DNA of 64,000 bases from Candidatus Cloacimonadales bacterium (GTDB lineage: Bacteria; Cloacimonadota; Cloacimonadia; Cloacimonadales; JAIOQZ01). This document shows, piece by piece, positions 57,760 through 64,000 of this stretch (the stretch's first letter is position 1; the number at the start of each line of letters is the position of its first letter). The stretch spans positions 2,304,034 to 2,368,033 of the forward strand of contig CAXXTU010000002.1 of the NCBI GenBank assembly GCA_963662655.2, written 5' to 3'. A program made the position numbers and the translations under genes. The notes below the pieces were generated by a model that worked only from the letters and a program-made list of their open reading frames with translations, made no database searches and had not been told where the DNA came from.

Positions 57760-58803
57760 CTAAGCGGTTTTCATCGCGCCAGTTTCAGGATCGATTTGAA
57801 CAAGGGCTTGATTGCTCAGGAGGCTGAGCTGAGCTGCCTCGATCATACGAATGATGCGTAAAGCATGCTGCGCGTTCGTTCGTGGAACAGCTCCGGTCTC
57901 GATGCAATCGAGGAAATGGTTGCATTCAGCGGAAAGCGGCTCGGAGGAAGCAAGCTTTGGAACAAGAATATCTCCCGTGCGGTAAGCAAGCTGGAACTCT
58001 CCAAAGGTAGTTGATTCTTCAATCACATCGACTCCCATGTCGTAAAGCCTAACTTTGTCGGATGATCGTGTATCGTCGTACACCACCATCTGCTTCTTCC
58101 CTACGATGTAAGACTGTCGAAGTTTGACAGGCGAAATCCAGGATAGATGAATGTTTACAAGGACATTGTTAGGATATTGGAGATTTATAAACGCGACATC
58201 GCAAACTTGGTCAAACGTAGACGCCTTACCCATGACTTGTATCGAAAGCGGCATCTCTTCCAACCAGTATTCCAGGATCGAGAAGTCATGCGGAGCCAAA
58301 TCCCAGATCACGTTATAATCGTGCTTCACTTTCCCCAGGTTGATCCGCGTAAGCTGTATGAAATTGATTTCGCCCAGCGCACCATCCTGGATGTATTCCT
58401 TCACCTTGATCACTGGAGGGCTGTACAAGAAAGTGTGGCCAACCATCATAACACGATTACGTTCTCCGGCCAGTCGAATTAGTTCTTCCATCTGTTCGCT
58501 GGAAGCGGTGAGAGGTTTTTCTACAAGGATATGCTTGTCGTGCAGCAGCGCTTCCTTTGCAATTTCGTAATGAGTGCAGATCGGTGTAACGATATTGACG
58601 GCGTCAATTTCCGGATCGTTCAGAAGATCGTGATAATCTTCCGTCATCTGCGTATAGCGATATGATTCCTTCGCCAATGCAAGCCTATCCGGATTGATAT
58701 CGCAGATGTATTTCAATTCGGCACGTTTATTCGAGTCCCAATTACGAGCCAGGTTGGGCCCCCAATAACCGAAACCTACTAAACCGACAATGAAACTACC
58801 CAT
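57760..58803 (-). CDS. Gfo/Idh/MocA-family NAD(P)-dependent oxidoreductase (WbpB-like sugar dehydrogenase)
   Basis: N-terminal Rossmann motif VGLVGFGYWGPNLARN and the conserved ILVEKPL motif. Confidence 0.8.
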   Translation of the reverse strand: MGSFIVGLVGFGYWGPNLARNWDSNKRAELKYICDINPDRLALAKESYRYTQMTEDYHDLLNDPEIDAVNIVTPICTHYEIAKEALLHDKHILVEKPLTASSEQMEELIRLAGERNRVMMVGHTFLYSPPVIKVKEYIQDGALGEINFIQLTRINLGKVKHDYNVIWDLAPHDFSILEYWLEEMPLSIQVMGKASTFDQVCDVAFINLQYPNNVLVNIHLSWISPVKLRQSYIVGKKQMVVYDDTRSSDKVRLYDMGVDVIEESTTFGEFQLAYRTGDILVPKLASSEPLSAECNHFLDCIETGAVPRTNAQHALRIIRMIEAAQLSLLSNQALVQIDPETGAMKTA

Positions 58804-58827
58804 AACCTACTCCTTTCGGTCGTAAGC

Positions 58828-59604
58828 TCAGACCGTTTTCTTCTTTTCTCTCAGTAATGCTATTCTCTCATCGATCTGTTGGACCAACTCATCCATGCGC
58901 GTAAAACTCTCTTCCGGATAGCCCTTGCGGAAATGCTTTGGCCACGGATACTGTACATCGTATTTTAAAGAGCGAATTTGATCGATTCGCGCGATGGTTT
59001 TAGCCGGATTTCCACCCACGCACATGACATCGGGAACCGAGCTCCGGACAACGCTGCCGCCTGTAACGACCGCTCCCATGCCCACATGAACGCCCGGGAA
59101 AAGAAGCGTGTTCGTCAGGATTACAGCCATGTGACCGATCGTGATTCCCTCAAAACAATCGGAAGGCGGAAAGGGATCGTTCGTGAATTGCACGCGAGGA
59201 AAGAACCATACCAGATCCCCGATTTTTGAACCTTTGCCGATGTGAACTTCGCTGTGGATTTTCGTGTAGGATCCTATCTCGGTATCGCCTTCGATATCGG
59301 AGTTGGTTCCGATCTGAAGATAAGGCCCCGCCACCGTGTTTTCTCTCACAAGAACCGAGTGTCCGGTTATCAGCCTGCGCCCGAACGTTGAACCTTCATA
59401 GAGCACACTGTGGCTGCGGATATGCGAATCCGGTCCGATAACCAGAGGCTTGCCCTCCGCGAGCCGGGTGGGATAGCCAATAATGCTGAAATCTTCGATA
59501 ATGGTGTTGTCGCCGATCTCCACGTTGGGATGAACCACGACCCCGTATCCGAAAGTTACGTTGGAACCGATTTTCGCTTCAGGTGATATACTCGCTTGCA
59601 TCAT
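58828..59604 (-). CDS. Left-handed beta-helix (hexapeptide-repeat) acyl/acetyltransferase
   Basis: Repeated [LIV]G..... hexapeptides: IGSNVTFGYGVVVHPNVEIGDNTIIEDFSIIG... Confidence 0.8.
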   Translation of the reverse strand: MMQASISPEAKIGSNVTFGYGVVVHPNVEIGDNTIIEDFSIIGYPTRLAEGKPLVIGPDSHIRSHSVLYEGSTFGRRLITGHSVLVRENTVAGPYLQIGTNSDIEGDTEIGSYTKIHSEVHIGKGSKIGDLVWFFPRVQFTNDPFPPSDCFEGITIGHMAVILTNTLLFPGVHVGMGAVVTGGSVVRSSVPDVMCVGGNPAKTIARIDQIRSLKYDVQYPWPKHFRKGYPEESFTRMDELVQQIDERIALLREKKKTV

Positions 59605-59612
59605 TTCCTCCG

Positions 59613-60338
59613 TTAGAGCGTACCGTTATCGACGAAATAAACCGAGCCCGACACCGACGAAGCAGCGTCGGTAAGTAGATAGACGATGGTTTCCGCAACA
59701 CTTACGGGATTTGTGGCTTTCTTCATCGAGGTTCTCTTGTAAATCCGGTCCTTCTGGTCCTTTGTCAGGGTGCTGCTGATCTGTGTTTCCATGAATCCCG
59801 GAGCAACGCAGTTCGAGCGGATGCCTTTCGCACCCCACTCCCTCGCAACCGTTCTCGAAAAGGATTCGAGCGCTCCCTTCGTGGCGGCGTACATGCTGAG
59901 TCCCTTATAGCCTGTATGGGCAGCGACGGAAGAGATGTGAACCAGGCTACCCGATATATCGTGAAGAAGCATATCGCGGATGACATACTTCGTCAGCATC
60001 ACTGGAGCGTGAAAGTTGATACGGAACATCTTCTCGAGCGGATCTACCGCTGCGTTTGTCACGATGTCGTCGTATGCGAAAGCCGCGTTGTTCACCAATC
60101 CGGCAATCGGGCCATGCTCCTTCAACGTCTTGAGGTAAAATTCGCTGATTTTATCGACTTGCTCGAGATCGAAATCGAAGTGCAGGTACCTCTCAGGATA
60201 CGCTTCGACTCTTTTCTCCGCTTCGCTGGTGTTTCGATAATCGACACCCAGAATCCCGAATTCGGTTTTCTCCAACAGAATCCGAACGATTTCGGATCCC
60301 AGCCCACCGGTATCACCGGTTACCAGTATTTTATTCAT
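59613..60338 (-). CDS. Short-chain dehydrogenase/reductase (FabG-like)
   Basis: The likely start is the ATG at 60338 (ATGA overlap with the upstream stop). MNKILVTGDTGGLGSEI (TGxxxGxG), SSVAAHTGYKGLSMYAATKGAL (S...YxxxK). The track N-terminal extension lies inside the upstream gene. Confidence 0.85.
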   Translation of the reverse strand: MNKILVTGDTGGLGSEIVRILLEKTEFGILGVDYRNTSEAEKRVEAYPERYLHFDFDLEQVDKISEFYLKTLKEHGPIAGLVNNAAFAYDDIVTNAAVDPLEKMFRINFHAPVMLTKYVIRDMLLHDISGSLVHISSVAAHTGYKGLSMYAATKGALESFSRTVAREWGAKGIRSNCVAPGFMETQISSTLTKDQKDRIYKRTSMKKATNPVSVAETIVYLLTDAASSVSGSVYFVDNGTL

Positions 60339-61570
60339 CTTCGTTTCCTTTTTCCTGTATGAGAGCTTTCCAATCGATCCACGAACCTGATTACTCTCGG
60401 AACCTTGTATGGCTGTAGCTCGCTTCGCAAAAATGTAAGTATATCTTTCTCGAGATCGTTTGTGATGCTCTTCGGAGAGGGCTGAACAAACGCCTCCAGG
60501 ATATTGCCGAGTACCGAATTCGATCGCGCCCTGACAACGCAATCCACCACGCCCGGCACCTCGCGAACAAGGTCTTCGACCTCGAGGGGATTTACTTTGT
60601 AGCCTCCCACGTTGACGAAATCCTGCTTCCGGCTTACAAACCTGAAGCTTCCGTCCGGGTTTTGCTCGACCATATCCCCGGTCCGGTACCAGCCGTCCGC
60701 GAAATCGACGTTCGAGAAATCGCCCAGCAGTGAGTGATGAATCCATAATTCGCCTTCCGGTGAGACACGGACCAGGTCTTTCACGCGCTCGCCGGGCTTG
60801 AACACGTCGTTTCTGGCAGAAAACAGTGAACCTGCTTCCGTGGAGGCGTAGACATTCCGGATCGCTGCGTTCGGGAAGGCTTCTTCCAGCAAAGGGACAA
60901 GCGCTGCATCGTACTTCTCGCCGCCGCAGGTAACTTGCCGGACGCTTTCAACCGGCGTCTCAATATCCAGCAACAACCGACGATAAAAAGCAGGTGTCGC
61001 GGAGATATGCGTAATCCCCTGCGTCTTCATGAGTTCTCTCGATTGAGCGCTGGTGGCATGGAAGAGGTCGATAATCGGATTCTGATTGCCGATAGCCTGA
61101 AGCATAACCTGCAAACCTGCGAAATGCGCCGCATGATAGGCTAGGGCCCACACATCTTCCTTGTGATCGGAACTTCGCCGCACAGCCCGGGCAAGCGTTT
61201 TCCAGGAATGCCCGACTTTTTTCGGACGCCCCGTTGTCCCCGATGTATAGATGTAGACTCTTGCATCAGGGCTGTTTTCGAGCTTGTTCCATGCGTGATC
61301 GAAATTCTCGAATTCGATATCACCGGATTCGATATCTCTGGCCAGATCATCCGGTTGCAATCCAAGTGAAGCCACTTCGGACTCCTGCATGCCGTGATCG
61401 AGCAGAACCGAGCTGTTTCCCCGCACGAAATGAGCGAGGAGCGAGGAAATCAATTCACGTCCGTTGGGCTGACGTAAAACATAGGGGAGTTTCCCGGGTC
61501 TGGAGAGAAAATCCATCAATTCTTCGTAGCTTTTTTTCTCTCCGTCCGGAGTCATCCAAAATAGGCTCAT
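60335..61570 (-). CDS. AMP-dependent (adenylate-forming) acyl-CoA/acyl-ACP ligase
   Basis: AMP-binding motif YIYTSGTTGRPKKVGHS, later YRTGDMV and a GGYKV-type motif. ATGA overlap with the ACP gene. Confidence 0.85.
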   Translation of the reverse strand: MSLFWMTPDGEKKSYEELMDFLSRPGKLPYVLRQPNGRELISSLLAHFVRGNSSVLLDHGMQESEVASLGLQPDDLARDIESGDIEFENFDHAWNKLENSPDARVYIYTSGTTGRPKKVGHSWKTLARAVRRSSDHKEDVWALAYHAAHFAGLQVMLQAIGNQNPIIDLFHATSAQSRELMKTQGITHISATPAFYRRLLLDIETPVESVRQVTCGGEKYDAALVPLLEEAFPNAAIRNVYASTEAGSLFSARNDVFKPGERVKDLVRVSPEGELWIHHSLLGDFSNVDFADGWYRTGDMVEQNPDGSFRFVSRKQDFVNVGGYKVNPLEVEDLVREVPGVVDCVVRARSNSVLGNILEAFVQPSPKSITNDLEKDILTFLRSELQPYKVPRVIRFVDRLESSHTGKRKRR

Positions 61571-61791
61571 GGCAACAATCCGAGGATGTCTCCCACCGTT
61601 CTTACGATTCCGTTAGCAAAGATATCCACGCCAAAATGATCTTCAATTCGTACCGTGAGCTCGGCGAGATCGAGAGAATCGAAATTCAAATCTTCTCTCA
61701 GAGTTTGCTCCGGAGATATTTCTGAAATCGACGGCATATCCTTTTTTTCCAAAACCTTATTGACTATTTCGAGTAACGCTTTCTTCTTCAT
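61567..61791 (-). CDS. Acyl carrier protein
   Basis: 74 aa from the ATG at 61791. Phosphopantetheine site LNFDSLDLAELTVRIEDHFG (DSL motif). Confidence 0.85.
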   Translation of the reverse strand: MKKKALLEIVNKVLEKKDMPSISEISPEQTLREDLNFDSLDLAELTVRIEDHFGVDIFANGIVRTVGDILGLLP

Positions 61792-62071
61792 ACATCTCAC
61801 TTCGTTTATTATTGCTTTCAGCTTATGAACACAATTGAGTAATCGTATCGTGTCAAGGGGAAAATGCTTCTTTTCTCAAACCTTAAATAACCTACGCAGC
61901 TTCTTTCGCAGCAGAGGAAACAACGATTTCAACATGCTTGCCCAGTATCACGCAGTTTCCTCGAATACGCCGTATTGAACTTATGCTTGTGCGTTTCCTA
62001 TATTTATCGTTTACAATTATTGATTTTTATTGTTGATGGTAAAATATTATATCAAATTTCGTTCAGATATT

Positions 62072-62106
62072 AAAAAATGCCCGGCATCCAATTGGCTTCC
62101 GGGCAT
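62072..62106 (-). terminator. Rho-independent terminator of the 62128 gene
   Basis: The minus strand reads ATGCCCGG-aagccaattggatg-CCGGGCAT followed by TTTTTT, 22 nt after the stop. Confidence 0.8.
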
Positions 62107-62127
62107 TAATAATAACGATGTCTGTAA

Positions 62128-63366
62128 CTATTTCAGAAGGACCATCTTCTTGACAATCCGCTCAGTTCCTGTATTCATCAAGGCAAAATAGATACCGCCG
62201 GCGACTTGTGCATTCCAGGTCAGTGTATAAGTTCCGGCATCTTTGTGACCGCTGAAGAGAGTTTGAATTTTTTGTCCGCGAATGTTATAGATGTCGATTT
62301 TCACGAATCCATCGCTGGCCATGCTATAGCTTATATTTGTGGATGGATTGAACGGGTTCGGATACACATCGATGCTGCTTGCGACCTGCGGGACGTCTTC
62401 GCCATCAACCGCATCTCCGAATCCATATACGTATTTACCGCTGTTGACCCAATCATTGTTTACCCACATCTGGGAAACAACATAACCCAGAGAGCCATCG
62501 ACCATGTAGTACGTTGCCTTGTGGTCGTTGATCCACTCGGTGCCAGTCCAATCCATGTCAAGGTTACTTTCGATGTTGTTACCGTCCCATTCGAAAGTGC
62601 TGTAATAATCATTGATCCAGGCAGATCCATCCCAGACTTTTCCCAGTTCTTCCAAGAGCAAGATGCCGGAGAACGTGAATGTCTCCTGCTCTTCATTCAC
62701 ATACTGGTCACCGTCCCAGTACCTGTACGTGTAGAGACTTGGGGTGGATCCATTGTATTCCCAGGTCTCCCATTTGTCGTTTTCCCACTGATCACCATTC
62801 CAGGATGTTTGCATAGCGGATGTGATATCCTCACTAGTCCATGTGTATTCCATCTGGTAATCTTCCTGCCAGTTGGTAACCGCGTTGACCTCGCCCAGGA
62901 TATGGATAAGGTAATGCTCATCGTAGGTATACGTTTCGCGGGTCGTATCCATCATCTGACCGGACAGGTTCGCACTGACAAGAAGTTGTGTGGGGATACC
63001 TGCATTTAACGTGTACGTGTAAACCATAAGAAATTCTGTTTCCTGATAAATCAGAGACTGCGTGAAGACAGTCGGGTATTCCCCATCGTAATCGATGGTC
63101 AACTCGCTGTATAGATGCCAGTCGTTAGCTTCTGCATCCCATGTGTACTGGTTCATCGACGTGTACTGCATCTCGTGAGCCTGGTGGAACATCATCAGCG
63201 TATAGGGATACGGAGTAACGAACATGTGAGAGTAGTCGGTGCGGTCTGAAAAGGTCATTACCATCGACCGAGCCGACTGCTCGAACTGCGCTGAGACATC
63301 CTGCGTAGGCATTGCTGCCAGCAGTTGAATTGCGCAGAAAGCAAGAAAGAAAAGCAATCGTTTCAT
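62128..63366 (-). CDS. Secreted protein of unknown function with a T9SS C-terminal sorting domain
   Basis: Signal peptide MKRLLFFLAFCAIQLLAA. W-rich repeats. C-terminus VYPNPFNPSTNISYSM...IDIYNIRGQKIQTL...GIYFALMNTGTERIVKKMVLLK. SD AAGGAG. Confidence 0.8.
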   Translation of the reverse strand: MKRLLFFLAFCAIQLLAAMPTQDVSAQFEQSARSMVMTFSDRTDYSHMFVTPYPYTLMMFHQAHEMQYTSMNQYTWDAEANDWHLYSELTIDYDGEYPTVFTQSLIYQETEFLMVYTYTLNAGIPTQLLVSANLSGQMMDTTRETYTYDEHYLIHILGEVNAVTNWQEDYQMEYTWTSEDITSAMQTSWNGDQWENDKWETWEYNGSTPSLYTYRYWDGDQYVNEEQETFTFSGILLLEELGKVWDGSAWINDYYSTFEWDGNNIESNLDMDWTGTEWINDHKATYYMVDGSLGYVVSQMWVNNDWVNSGKYVYGFGDAVDGEDVPQVASSIDVYPNPFNPSTNISYSMASDGFVKIDIYNIRGQKIQTLFSGHKDAGTYTLTWNAQVAGGIYFALMNTGTERIVKKMVLLK

Positions 63367-63558
63367 AGATTCTCCTTACGTTTTGAGATGCTTTATCGTG
63401 CAGTAAGAGATCGAGAAATGTCAAGATAATTGTATGGCCATTCACTCCTATTTTTGCAGTGGTATTAGCTTTGGAATAAAGTATGCCTCCCCTTACCTCT
63501 TCAGGCATTTATGAGAACATTCGAAAACTTGCTCACGGCTCAGTTGGAGCAGCTTCCA

Positions 63559-64000
63559 TCACAGCAGGCGATACACCTCCTTCTCGATTTTCAGAATCAA
63601 TGCCAATATCTCATGCTGCTTCCGGCGATCCTCCGGAGACCAAGATTCAAACGCGCTTTGCTGAAAAGGATTCGGCATGTAAAGGAACGACTCTTTCAGC
63701 AAGCTTGCTTCTCGTTCGTAGAACTCGGCCATCTGGCGGATTTCATCCCCGGAACGCTGGAATCGATCGATATTGGAGAGCAGGTATTCGGCGGCAGTGC
63801 CCCTGGCTTCTTTCAGGCTTTGTGTGATCCACCAGTTTCCGAGCACCATATTTTCTTTCTGCGGCACTTTCGATACTTCGCCAAAGTCCGGGGCGATCAG
63901 GGCTTTCATCCAGTTTTCGACAGCATTCAGGCCCGAGAAGTATGGGCCGTAGCTTTTATCCACGTAGAGCTCCCTGGCCAGCTTCAGAGATTCTTCGTAG
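63559..64000 (-). CDS. Hypothetical protein, 3' part only (the N-terminus lies beyond the window end)
   Basis: The frame stays open upstream of the GTG at 63963 that the track uses as its start, up to the window edge. No domain recognised. Confidence 0.5.
   Translation of the reverse strand, partial: YEESLKLARELYVDKSYGPYFSGLNAVENWMKALIAPDFGEVSKVPQKENMVLGNWWITQSLKEARGTAAEYLLSNIDRFQRSGDEIRQMAEFYEREASLLKESFLYMPNPFQQSAFESWSPEDRRKQHEILALILKIEKEVYRLL

Overview
This 64-kb window looks like an uncultivated FCB-group or Cloacimonadota-like bacterium. That inference rests only on at least seven genes ending in the same ~80-aa T9SS/FlgD-Ig-like sorting tail (NPFNP..T.I...L; ends K[MV].L[IL]K). Two accessory loci stand out.

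(A) 13,616-20,815 (minus strand): a type I-E CRISPR-Cas locus, cas8e-cas11-cas7-cas5-cas6e-cas1-cas2, followed by 16 identical 29-nt repeats and 15 spacers of 32 nt. It has no cas3 anywhere in the window. Its Cas5e carries a C-terminal HNH nuclease domain (CxxC..H..N..CxxCH). This fits an HNH-Cascade variant in which Cas3 is replaced by a nuclease built into Cascade.

(B) 1-8,160 (minus strand): a tightly packed, low-GC, five-gene operon. It encodes a SIR2-like protein, a SAMHD1-type HD phosphohydrolase, an unknown protein, an ImmA/IrrE (M78) Zn-peptidase, and a large polytopic membrane protein. The membrane protein is missing from the supplied ORF track because it runs off the window edge. 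I do not recognise this gene combination as a named defence system. Its position next to the CRISPR-Cas locus makes it a candidate novel NAD+/dNTP-depletion-type defence module.

The rest of the window contains:
- giant GLUG-repeat and FG-GAP surface proteins arranged as a diverged tandem cassette duplication with reciprocal gene decay (in-frame stops, pseudogene fragments), ending at a tRNA-Thr;
- housekeeping genes: an Orn/Lys/Arg decarboxylase, lysS, rel/spoT and an MFS transporter;
- two paralogous TPR + DHp-only proteins;
- an ACP/acyl-AMP-ligase/SDR/acetyltransferase/oxidoreductase/GtrA/GT2 glycan-modification cluster.

All calls come from reading the sequence and ORF translations by eye. 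No database searches were run.
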